A stretch of 64,000 nt of DNA. It comes from the human T2T-CHM13v2.0 reference genome, Homo sapiens. A program made the position numbers and the translations under genes. This document shows, piece after piece, positions 1 through 10,849 of the stretch (positions are counted from its first letter, which is position 1; every line of letters starts with the position of its first letter). The notes beneath the pieces were generated by a model that was not told the origin of the DNA, made no database searches, and saw only the letters and a list, made by a program, of their open reading frames with translations. The stretch lies in the NCBI RefSeq assembly GCF_009914755.1, contig NC_060940.1; one strand, given 5' to 3'.

Positions 1-329
1 CTACGAGTTGGCTCACATCTTCTCTCATTCAGAACCTGAAGGGGTGGGGCCTGGGGCCGTATTATCCAATCACTAGTGCTGGGGTAAAAACTGTCTTAAA
101 ACTATTCTTTTAATGCTTAGCAATACTAATTTTTAGTGAGAAACTTAAGATTACTTAATTTAACATAACCAGACTTTAAGATTTTAAATTACTAAAAAAA
201 AAAAAAAGAAACTTAAAATGATGACAGAGTTACTTCCTCTAATGTTTTTTGGTGAGGGTTTCAAATACCTATGTCATATATTGAAACCTACAGTTCTATA
301 AGCCCTACCCTTAAATCAAAACAACCCTG

Positions 330-618
330 ATGCTATTGTGAACAGGTACTTAGCACAAATCCTACCCTTAGGCAAATTTATATAGTGATTTCAATTGTCC
401 TTCACATTCCCTTTCCTGTGATAAGTGTCTGGGTTTAGGGGGTCACAGTGTGAGGTTCCACCATCTTCAGCTATCTGAGACATAGCTTCTATTAATAAAT
501 GTTCCTCTTAAATGTTTCTTTCTGAGAAACTTGATTTGTCAGCCTCATTCTTCAAACTCTCAGCTCCTTTGGCCTTTAAAGGTAGGTTTATATATATATA
601 TATACTCACAAGAAAACA
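330..618 (+). mobile_element. ERV1 LTR 3' part (MER34/MER39-like)
   Basis: AATAAA followed by TGTTTCTTTCTGAGAAACTTGATTTGTCAGCCTC...GGTAGGTTT...AACA, which resembles the U5 end of this LTR group as I recall it. The left boundary is approximate. Confidence 0.5.
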
Positions 619-756
619 CCCTCATATATATAGTCTGTCAATTTCTCAAACATTGTTATGTGGTTCATGACTGTAATGTGTGCCACATGTAGTTTTGTAC
701 ATGAATAGTATATTTTTTATAGCTACTTTCTATTACACATCACTAAAATACATGTT

Positions 757-951
757 CAGTAAGTGCTCACTTAACATCATTGATAGGTCCCTGGAAACTG
801 ACTTTAAGTGAAACAAAATACTATATGCCATGGAAAATTAACTCTTGTTTATATCAATTAGCCAATGGTAAAATTGGTTTTATTATATAGTACATTGTTT
901 TACTTAAAGTCACAGTTTCTGAGAATCTATCAAAAAAGGGAGAACATACTG
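757..951. mobile_element. MER82-like TcMar-Tigger MITE, internally deleted
   Basis: Begins CAGTAAGTGCTCACTTAAC...GGAAACTGACTTTAAGTGAAAC and ends TTAAAGTCACAGTTTCTGAGAATCTATC...ACTG, giving imperfect terminal inverted repeats typical of MER82. Confidence 0.65.
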
Positions 952-1039
952 TCATTAGTATTACAGTATATGGTACATTATAGCATTACACTATTATAGT
1001 ATGTTATTGTAGTCTTAGCAATTGGTAGTATAATGTGTT

Positions 1040-1354
1040 TCAGTTTCTCCCAAGGTCACAGAATTATCCAGACCAACCAATAACAACTTCCTGTGGGAAC
1101 CAGGTGCATCTCACCCTCTTGATACTACAAAGCCTTCCCCAACACCCCCTGTTTGTTCTCTCTGCTCCCAAGTGCAATCCCTGTGTGGGTCTGTATACCT
1201 TATATAATTTCCTTCTTCCATGATTATATGTAACGAATAACTGCTGTCAATCTCATTTGTCCAATGATTGGTGCCATGGTTTTAACTGTTCCAGTAGTAC
1301 AAGGGTGGTAATTTATCCCTCACCAATGGGGTAAAGGGGAGGCTAATCAAACAA
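1040..1354 (+). mobile_element. ERVL LTR fragment (MER74/MER73-like)
   Basis: The 3' end AATAACTGCTGTCAATCTCATTTGTCC...CCCTCACCAATGGGGTAAAGGGGAGGCTAATCAAACA resembles the MER74-group U5. Confidence 0.55.
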
Positions 1355-2244
1355 TTCACAATACAAACTGGATTAACCAACTATGACTAAGGACATCGGC
1401 TCAACTTTAACTGCTTTTGGCCTACTGATTTCATGATACATTAAAAGTCACCTCAGTCAGAGCCACCAGTTTCTGGTGGGCTTTTGCTTTGGTCTAAATA
1501 GCCATTTGTGGCCTTTATCATGAGTTGCCTTCCCTGACCACATTAAAGCACACTCATCACCTAGACATATATGGTCAGTTGACTCTGCTGCAGCCTGATG
1601 TGTCATCATATTTAGCCTTTGTTTGGCATGCAGCTTGCAAGACACTTGCCTTTCAAGGCAGTGAAAACACAGAACCTTAATCAGTGAGTACTTCAGTCCT
1701 GATTACCAAGAGTCAGGCTATATCCCTGTGGTCACTTCATCTGGTCTGCTTACCATTACTAAATGCCCGGGTAGTCATATGAACATTGCTTATTATTGCA
1801 CACTCTCAGGAAAGGCCCAGGGACGGTTTTTTGTAAAATTGCAAAAAACAAAAAGGACTTTTACTTTGGAGAGAATTATGCACGTCACTCAGTTGCTCTA
1901 ACAAGTGCTACCGTCATGGGAGCAAGAACAGTGACCTTGTCTTTCCTGAGCTGCCGCTTCCTTTGCTCCTGTCACATGCACTCTCACGATGAGGGGCTCA
2001 TTCCTTGTGCCTTATGGTTCAGGCACTGATGAGAAATAAAAAAGAGAAAGATAACTTAATATTAGTCCCTCCCAAAACTTACTGGGTAATTCTCTCATCC
2101 TAAATCCCCTACTCATCGTGTAGGCTTTTAGCACTGCTGCTTACCAGTATGCTAAAGGTGCAGACTTAGGATCAGAAGTTTGATGAACTCAAACAAAAAG
2201 ACCACAATGCATATGGGTGCTAATCCCAGTGAAATGGAGTGGCA

Positions 2245-3360
2245 GTAAACACCTTCAACCAAAGAGAAAACAGATCACAAATAAACAAATAATGACACAA
2301 CTCAAGAAACTAGAGGAGGAAGAACTTATCCCAACGTTCCCAGATAATAAAATTAGTAAAAAAAATCGGAGCAGAAATGAATACACTGAAGATTAGAAAA
2401 ACAATAGAAAATGTAGAAAAATTGTAAGAGCTTGTTTTATGAAAACATGAAGTTGGCATATCTTTAGCTAGACTAAGAAATAAATGCTTAAATAAATAAA
2501 ATCAGAATTAAAGGGAATACATTACAACTGGTAAAACAGAAATAAAAAAAGGTCATAAGACTGCTATGTACACAGACTCCTATGTACAATGATATCCCAC
2601 CAAATGGGATAAGGGAGAAGACATGAATACATTTCTAGACAAGTACCACCCACCAAGACTGAAGCATAAAGAAATAGAAAATATGAATAGATCAGTAATG
2701 GGTAAGGAGTTTAGATCTGATGACTTTGTTGCTGAATTTTACTAAACATTTAAAAAGAACCAAATCTTTGAAAAAATTGAAGGAGGAGGAATACTTCCAA
2801 ACTCATTTTATGAAGCCAGCATTACACTGATACAAAAACCAGAGATGGACATTACAAGAAAAACAATTACAGGCCAATATCCCTGATGAACATAGATGAA
2901 AAATCATCCGCAACGTAGTTGCAAATGAAATTCAAAAGCACTTTAAAAGGATCATTTATTATGATCAAGTTGGATTTATTCCTGGGATGCAATAATATTT
3001 TAATATGTGGAAATCAATAAATGCCATACTCCTTATTTACACAACAAAAAGATTAAAAATCATGACTTTTTTATGCATGCCTAAAATTATTTTGACAAAA
3101 TTTAAAATCCATTCCAAATAAAATCTATAACAAATTAGGTATAGAAAGAATATACCTCAAAATAAAGAGATATGTTCTTTATAAGCTATAGGACAATCCC
3201 ATGGTTAACATTATTGTCAATGGTGAAATTTTGGAATTGTTTTTAAGATTTATTATAAGAAAAAGATGCCCACTCTCACTACTTCTTTCAACACCGTATT
3301 GGAAATCCTGCTCAGAATCTAAGACAAGAGAAAAAAGAGCATTTAAATAAGAAACAACAA
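2245..3360 (+). mobile_element. Old L1 ORF2 fragment (post-endonuclease to RT region), decayed
   Basis: A-rich top strand with recognisable L1 ORF2 words (GGAATACTTCCAAACTCATTTTATGAAGCCAGCATTACACTGATAC; GGCCAATATCCCTGATGAACATAGATG; GATGCCCACTCTCACTACTTC). No open frame. Confidence 0.9.
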
Positions 3361-4541
3361 GTTCTTCTATTCATGGAGATTAACGCTCAGGTTTTTGCAG
3401 ATTAGATTTAACAGCATGAAATCTGGTACCATCCAGGAATCAAAGGATATAGGACTTTAGGGCATCAATTATTAAGAGGCTATAGGAAAGCAGAAATGCT
3501 CCTGGATGTTTCCATTGTCCACACACAAAATTTCAACAGACCAGCCCCAGGAAGTAAAGGCACATTCCTGACTACTGTTAGTTGATGAGCTTTTCACCAA
3601 AAGCAGAGATGTGAGACCTGGCAGGTTTCAAAGACCCCTCAAGTGCTCCATACCTTGAAATTCACTTCCACAAAGCTAGAACACCATCTGTTCCTGAGGG
3701 ATCAGGTTATCGTCTGTTTCTTTTAGGCACTGGTCAGTCAGGCTTTAGTGGACACGAAGCCACAGATTTTTAGTGTAAAATGCCTAATCTATCATAATCT
3801 TTAGGTAGATATTTGGAGGCCTGCACACTTAAATGGGTTGGTGAAATGTCATACCAGACACATGGCTGGGAATTGGGTTTTTCTCCTCCGCTCTTAGCAG
3901 CACCTTTGTAACCCAGTGATTACCCCCCTCATGGCTCCACGGCCACATCCGCAAAAAGGGTACTGGTGAACGTGACATTTTCACGAAGCCACAGCCCATG
4001 GTCACTCCCTGCAAAGCTCTGAACTTGCGCATTCCCAGGCCAGGCCGTGGTTGTCTTTCCAAGGCGGCTCAGCTTGTGCTTTGCTTGGAGAGAGCGGAGG
4101 GCAGCAGCACAGTGACAGCGTCTGGGACCTCAGACCAGTTTCCACAGCCACTTATGAAAGCAGACGGCTCCATGGGCTGGAGGAGGTGGGACGCTCTGGA
4201 AAGAACTCGGGTGCGAGTGGGAAAGAAAATCGAGCTGAGCAGCTGGAAGTCGAAGTCGCGTGAGTGAGGACCAGACACTCTCGATTTAGGCAAAGGCGGG
4301 GTGCACTTCCCAACAACACATCCTCCTCACTGGCGAGACCAGGCCTGCCCTTCAAGTTCCTCTCCTGATTTAATCCCCTTGGCGAGGGTTTGGCATGAAA
4401 TCAATGGCCAGCAAGCTTGGTAAACGAAGCCGCCTACACCGCCCTCCCCCTCCCTGCACGGCCGCGCCCCGCCTCCGCTCCTGTCTCAATCTGGGATTGT
4501 CCTCCTGTAGCCCCACCATCCACCGTGGGGAACGGTGGAGA

Positions 4542-4567
4542 GACTACAACTCCCAGTATGCACCGCG
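4542..4567 (+). promoter_or_regulatory. ZNF143 (Staf)/THAP11-HCFC1 composite motif
   Basis: GACTACAACTCCCAGTATGCACCGCG matches the well-known ACTACAnnTCCCAnnATGC promoter motif. Confidence 0.85.
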
Positions 4568-4874
4568 ATGCGCGCCTCACCCTGCATCTCCCAGCCCGCA
4601 GCCAGCTGGCATCCTAGACCCTCTGCCCTGCGACCAACAGCCGGGAGCGGACCAGACACCAGAACTCCCGGAACGGTTGAAGACGGTTCCGCTCCCTGTC
4701 CCGCCTTTCGCAGCCCAGCAGTTTCGCCCTGCGGAGAGGAGCCTTGCTGTTTCCAAATCTCTCCTGCTGAAGAGACATTGGAGCTAGGGCGGCTAGTTTC
4801 ACCTGGTAATTGTGACACCCTGTCTCCTCGAGCTGCAGGCTTTTATGCTTGTCATGTTCGAAGTTTGATACCTT

Positions 4875-5510
4875 GCAGATCAACAAAGGGCCGGTGGCCT
4901 CTCACTGCCTCCGCGGCAGGGTTGTCAAGGTAACGCTCCTCAGACAAGGGTGGGGCGCGACCCGCCCCTTTTCTCACCCCGCCTCCTCCTCAGCCCCACC
5001 CTCCTTCGCTCCTCCTCTTGTCACTCCCTTTCAGACATGCGCAGTGCGGCCCGTCCCTAGGGCTGGGTTAAGGGCCGCGGATGTGGCAGTTCTCAGGCCT
5101 CTTGGGATCGCCTCAAGAAGCCCCCTCACGAGTGTCTCGATTTCCTGTCAGCCAACAAAGGGCCGTTCGCCTTTCATGGCCTCCACAGCAGCGTTGCCGT
5201 GGTAACGATCCTCCGCCGGACGTTGGCCGCACCGCGCCCCTATTCTTGCCCATCTCCCGCTCCGCCCCGTCCCTTCTCGCTCCTCCCTCTTGTCACACCC
5301 GTTCAGACATGGGTAGTGTAGCCCGTCCCTAGCGGCGGGATAAAAGTTCTGCCCTTTCACACATGCGCAGTGCACCCATTCCTAGGGGTGGGGCTAAGGG
5401 GCCTGCCCTTTCGGAAATGCGCAGTGCAGCCCGTCCCTAGGTGTAGGGTAATGGCGGCCGACCTGGAGGCTCCTTGGGATCCCCTCGAGAAGCCCGTTCA
5501 TGAGTGTCTG
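4875..5510. repeat. Diverged tandem duplication of a ~272-bp promoter module, with a ~54-bp sub-unit triplicated in copy 2
   Basis: CAACAAAGGGCCG at 4881 and 5153. X-box-like GTTGTCAAGGTAAC at 4921 and GTTGCCGTGGTAAC at 5193. ATGCGCAGTGC...CCTAG at about 5037, 5363 and 5417, with a degenerate copy near 5308. Confidence 0.85.
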
Positions 5511-6429
5511 AAACTGTCACTTGACTGCCAGAAGTGAAAACATCGTGTCCCTAGTCACCTGCCATTTGCCTTTTCAAAACCATTTCCTCTGTTCTCTAGG
5601 CTGTCACAAATCCTCTGCACCCCAGGAGCGCCGCTTGGACCCCCGGGCTCGCTGCGTGGTCCATATCTAGGTCGGGCCTCTCACGGAGACTTTCCCACCA
5701 GTGTAATAAAGAGGAGAAAACGTCACAGCGGAAGGGCCTGACCCTGCTGCATCCACTAAGGAAACAGCTACGGGGATGGGACCCTGGGAGCTGCTGTGGA
5801 GCCTCATCCACCGCTTCTCTGACCCCACCCAGGCTGCTTCCCAGGCCTCAGGGTCTTAGTGTGGACCTCCGGGCCGTGATTAATGCAGGTCAGCAGGACC
5901 AGAGCGCCCCTTGGTCCCTCCCAACACATGAGGGTAGTTTGTGTGGTGAGGTCAGGGATAGTGTCTGCGCTTCTACCCTGAATAGGGCTCCCTTGGAAAA
6001 TACTTTAATATCTCTTTTTAAATACCCCCTTGGACCACTTTTAATAGTTTTCTGATAGAACTAAACAGTGATCATTCTCTTAATTCATGTTTCCATTAAG
6101 TTTTTCAGGTTAAGTACTGCACGACTACTCGCTTCTGAAACTGATAGACACTGCCTCAGCTCCGTGCAGGGCAGACGCACAAGAGCAGAATCTCCGTGGG
6201 ACATCTCTCTGGAGCATCAATATTACTGCAGTATTTGGAAGAAACAAATTTAAATAAGTTCTAAGGTGAAGAATGGAACATTTAAGACAAGTCTGGAAAG
6301 TCATCTGCCTTTAATAACTGTCGTTTGTCCTTAACGTCAGACTTTCTCCAAGACCAAAACTCTAAGAACTTATTTCCATTCTTACAAATAGTAAAAATGA
6401 TAAATCATATCAAGTCAATTGAAAGTCCT

Positions 6430-7200
6430 GCCTGCTGCTTTCCTAAATTGCAATATGGCCTTGGTATGGTTTTATTTGTACTTTTGTGGGGGATTCGTGG
6501 ATCTTTAGATTAAAAAAAAAAAAATAGGTTTTTGAACAATTTTTGCAAGTTTGCAGCTGTTAGTTATTGATTTATTTTTCCAACCCATCTAATTCTTCTG
6601 TCTCTCTCCTCTCCTCAGGCTCAATAATTCCATGGGTCTCTAAGGCTGTGTTTATTTTCTTTAAATTTTGTTGATTTACTTTTATACTCCATTTGATTTT
6701 TTCTATCTCTCACCTTTTCTCAGACTCAGTCATCCCACAGGTCTGTAAGGCTCTGTTCATTTTCTTTAAACTTCTTTTTTTTTTCCTCTCCTCAGATTGG
6801 ATAAATTATATTGCTATGTCTCTGTTTCTGAACTATAGAAAAGCTCAAAATTATTATTTTTATTTCTCATTTTTTATATGGCTATTTTTTCTCTGCTGAT
6901 GTTTCACATCTATTCATTTATGAGAATATTTTCCTTTGCCCTCATGAGCGTGTTTATAATAGCTGCCTTCAAATTCTTGTCTGCCGTTTACATCTTGGAC
7001 ATCTTGGAGATGGCTACTGCCTGCTTTTTATCTTGTGTATTTATTACATTTTCACGTGTCTTCACGCATCCCTTGAATTGGAAATTGTGCCCTGGAGACT
7101 GTATACAAGACTGGATTAAAAAGACTGGATTCTGTTTTGTCCCTGTGAAGAGTGTTGTTTTTAAAAGATGGTGTTAAATGGGCTGGATTCTATCTTCAAT
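6430..7200 (-). mobile_element. Ancient L1M (5'/ORF1-side) fragment
   Basis: T-rich top strand with words typical of antisense old L1. Subfamily not resolvable. Confidence 0.55.
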
Positions 7201-7521
7201 ACTTATCTCTCCTATGGAAGTCATAGCCAAAATATGCATTCAGTTTTTATATACACATATTTCATGTATGTATTGTATATAGAAATGTTTCTATAATGAT
7301 ATATAATAATTTACCCAGGATTCATCATTTTTCTGTGTGAGAGTGTTAGTTCAGTTAGCTACTTCATCATTAGTGGAAGCCAGAACCTCAGTTTTGATTT
7401 TTGAGTGTAATATAAAAAATTACACAGTATGGATACTTTTACATCAATTTTTTAATGCAATATTATATTTGTGATATTTATGCTGTTACAGATATCTACA
7501 GTTTGTTCATTTAAAAAAGTC

Positions 7522-7776
7522 CTTTTTTACATTGTGGTAAAATATACATAAAATTAACCATTTTAACAATTTTTAAAAGTGCAGGACAGAGGAATTAATC
7601 ATACTCACATTGTTCTACAACCATCATCCACATTCATAGGGAAATTTGTTCATTTTGCAAAACTCAAACTCTGTTCCCGTTACCTTCCTTTTGGCCTCTA
7701 GGAACTACTCTTCTACTTTGAGTTTCTATGAATGGAACTACTGTAAGTACCTCATATGAGTGGAATCATACAATGT
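7522..7776 (-). mobile_element. L1MB-type 3' end
   Basis: TTGTGGTAAAATATACATAAAATTAACCATTTTAAC...GTACCTCATATGAGTGGAATCATACAATGT is an antisense L1MB 3'UTR. Confidence 0.8.
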
Positions 7777-8099
7777 AGTAAAGAAGTCACGAGGAAGAAT
7801 AATACACACTGTATAACATGCTTATTAATTTAAATAAACAGAGATCAGTAGTACATGGTGATTATAGAGAAAGACAGATAAAAAAGAAAAAGCAGTTAGA
7901 AGGGTGTGTAAAATTTATCACTATGGTGTCTCAAGTTTTAGAGCAGTGAGGCCCCGGCCCCAGACACATTACTGGTCATGGTGAAGCTGGGAGCCCAGTG
8001 CAGCTGTCTGACTCCCAAAGCCAACACTCAGGCCAAATGTCACTGAGCCCTGAGGCACTCTGCCCCTGCCAGCCCAGGCACTCAATGGCCCTGAGATTC

Positions 8100-10033
8100 A
8101 CCATGGCCTGTTCTTGGTCTTGAGGGTGTTGCTGGCCTGCTGGAATAGGGGCCCGTCTGACAAAACAAGTAGGAGGAGCTTCAGAAAATAGTGGCAGCTG
8201 TGGGGCTACCAGGAGCCACACCTCAGGCTTCCCACTGCCTGCCCAGGGTCCCCATGCAGCAGGCCTAATGTTGACCAGGGAGCTATGGCCCCAGGTTCTC
8301 TGAAGCTGGCCACAAGATAGAGTCTTCTCCTAGTCTTTGCTAATCTGCTAGGCCCTCATCTTTTATTCTGACTGTGCAGCTTCATGCACTGGAACCAAAC
8401 CCCAAATTCCTCCTCAGTCAGAAGATGACGATTATCTCTTGTCACTGAAGCAGCTGCATTTCCTGGAGGACTTTGATCTGGAGACAGAAGGAAGGGCAGG
8501 ATTCTGACAGGTCCTGGGTGGAAGATGACAAAGGGAACTTGTGGGGGTGTGAAGGGGTAGGGACAATTTCTAGGGCCTTTCTTTTAAGGGGTCCTACCCT
8601 CCCCTCCAATCCCATGTAGCCCCAACCTGTTCTCAAGAGTTGGATATAAACAGTCCCTCCTCTAGGAGTTTATCATTGATTCTATTCCCCTAATCAAACC
8701 CTCCATTGGGATGGGGCTCCTGCTTCTCTGTGTATCAAACCTTCCCAATAAATCTAAGATGCAGAGGATGGAGCCAAGGAGTGTCTTCCTCAGGGTGGTG
8801 TCTGACTTTCACATCCCCACCCTCCCTCAAAGCGACAGCGCCAGCTGCTCACCTTCTTCCTTTATTAGTGTTGATTATATGTTCTTAGGAGGTAGACAGC
8901 CAAGATTCATGAGAAAGGCTTCCTGACACAGGACTAGACCTCATCCCTTATACTTCCTATGCTGCACCACCACCAGGGCCACCAGGGTCAGAGCATGTGC
9001 ATAAAACAGGACTTAGACCTGCATCAGGTTCTGGGCTCCACAGAAGGGACACTGAGGCTCAGTGACCTTTCTCCCTGATTCTCTGTGATGATAGGGAGAC
9101 AAAGGCCTTGGAAACAAAGAAGTTACTCAACAATTTAGGACCTGCCTGTCTTAGGAGGGGCCCAATTTCTCTCTTCTGCAATGGGTACCAGCTAAGGCAG
9201 AGGCTGAGACTTAGCTCTGCAGCTTTACTACTCAAGGAACAGGAAATGGTGTCTTTGCTGGAGGCTCCGTCACTCATAGATAAGACGGAACTGACACTGC
9301 CATTTACAGGGGCATCTGGTAGGCTCTCAGGAAAGGGGTTTGCTGAGTGCTGCAGTCTCAGGATTCAGTCCAGGACTCTGTCCTCGCAAGCTTCAGGATC
9401 CTGGTCCCCACCCTGCCTGCCTGCCCCAGTCTCACTCACATCTCTATAATCCTCTATGGCAATTTCCAGCATCTGCAGGTTGTTGAGAAGTGTGCCCGGG
9501 GTGGGGGGTGGGGGGGAGGGGAGTGGGGGCACAGCAGCCTGTGTTATCAAGGTGGTAGCAGTGATGAGCACCAATTCTCAGCTAACTGCACAAGACCTCT
9601 CCTTTGAACTCTCACCAACCTATTTCTCCTTGACCCCCGTACCCAAGTCTCTCACTCAGAGCATCCAAGGACCTTTCACCTCCTTGCCCAAAATCTTTCC
9701 CTCCTCTTTCCACAGCTGACCTCCAAAGACGCTAAGCACTTCTTAGTTACCTCTATGGTGTGATTTTAATAAATCACAAAGTCAGATCGTCCCCACCCTC
9801 ACTCTTCGTCTAATCTACTCTGAGCCTAGCTCTCCCAGGCCCTTTCTCTAGTCTCTCTAATGAAGGCATTCCAAGCATTGTGGCCACAGGAGGGCAGGGC
9901 TGGAGGAGGAAGACACCCAGGTCTCTTGATGTGGAGAACTCCAGCTGGGAGGGAGGAGCCCTGTCCTTGACTCTCTGGAGCCCCTCCCTACCATAGGCCA
10001 ATTCACCTGCTGCTGCAGCCCCATCTGGACTCT
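8100..10033 (-). pseudogene. Unprocessed RalGDS/RGL4-family pseudogene: decayed C-terminal RasGEF (CDC25) exons
   Basis: Four minus-strand segments in the correct order. 10033-10007 RVQMGLQQQ|GT (RGL4 QRVQMRLRRQ). 9538-9440 AG|AAVP..PGTLLNNLQMLEIAIEDYRD|GTGAGT (RALGDS GTVPYLGTFLTDLVMLDTAMKDYL). 8477-8436 AG|IKVLQEMQLLQ* (RGL4 VRVLQEMQLLQ). About 8137-8110 ASNTLKTKN (RALGDS ASNTLRTKKN). Reference peptides are recalled from memory. Confidence 0.8.
9498..9529 (+). other. Strong G-quadruplex motif inside a pseudo-exon
   Basis: GGGG-T-GGGGGG-T-GGGGGGG-A-GGGG-AGT-GGGGG: five G-runs of at least 4 with 1-3 nt loops. Confidence 0.85.
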
Positions 10034-10174
10034 TTAAAAAGGTTCCTACCTAGTAGAGTCAGAAACAGGGTCAGTGAGACTGTGCCTGTCTCACAGTTAC
10101 ACTCCAGCCCCAGCGACCTCAGATCTTGGATAACTGCCTGAGTCAGCCGGTGTAATGCTCCCACCAGCTCCAGT

Positions 10175-10505
10175 GAGTCCTGATTCTAGATTTACTCCCA
10201 GCTTTAACACTCACTGTGTGTGTAACCTTGGGCATGCAGCCAGGCCTTCCTGAAACTGTTTTTTCATCTAGGAAGTGTGATGAGAACAACACCTTCCTCA
10301 CAGTACCTCCTGAGGACTCAGTTGCATGTGGCTATCACCATTGTTCTCACCATCATCCCTCTCAGGAAGAGGTGGGCACAAGAATTCTGAAGTTTCCTTC
10401 ATCCTTTGCCCCTTATCATGACCCTGTGAGGCCTGCACAACAGGCTTTCTGCATTTTCCAGTTGAGGAGACAGGCCCAAAGAGGGTGTTGACTTGCCCAG
10501 GAGCC
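10175..10505. mobile_element. Two MIR fragments in opposite orientation
   Basis: TGTGTAACCTTGGGCA...TGTTTTTTCATCTAGGAAGTG (about 10175-10320, +) and CCCTGTGAGG...CATTTTCCAGTTGAGGAGACAGG...GACTTGCCCAGG (about 10410-10501, -). Confidence 0.6.
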
Positions 10506-10849
10506 CACAGGAGAGGCTGTCTTCTCCTCCCACCTGAAGAGTCTGCCCTACCTGGCTTCACACCACACACCAGCACCATCACTGACCAGGGTCCCATCCT
10601 CTGGACTCTGGGATAGATGTTCACATCCCAATCCAGGCCCAGCTGTGGTGGAAAGAAACCTGGTATCTTGGGAGGCCTGGTTGAGCAGTGCCAGCTTGTC
10701 CCAGCTTCACTGGAATTGCTATCCCACAAATTGGGTTTGAGGCTATGAAGAAGACTTCACCTCTTCGATGATCCACCGAGAGAGATTCCCACACAGAGCT
10801 CTCTCTTTATCCACTCCCTGCAGTTGGCCTGCCAGTGAAATCACACCTG

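Larger units (their letters stand above)
4400..5740. promoter_or_regulatory. CpG-island promoter-like region
   Basis: GC- and CpG-rich relative to the flanks. It carries a ZNF143-type motif, two X-box-like palindromes, NRF1-like TGCGCA motifs and GC boxes. The controlled transcript cannot be identified from this window. Confidence 0.7.

Noticed and set aside
4395-5375. 100-130 aa ORFs across the CpG island
   Set aside because: Such ORFs are expected in GC-rich sequence. They overlap on both strands and show no recognisable homology.
9070-9095. Possible mini-exon (RIREK) corresponding to the RalGDS INFEKRRK exon; likewise 10760-10817 as a further exon
   Set aside because: The position is plausible but the similarity is too weak to support without an alignment.
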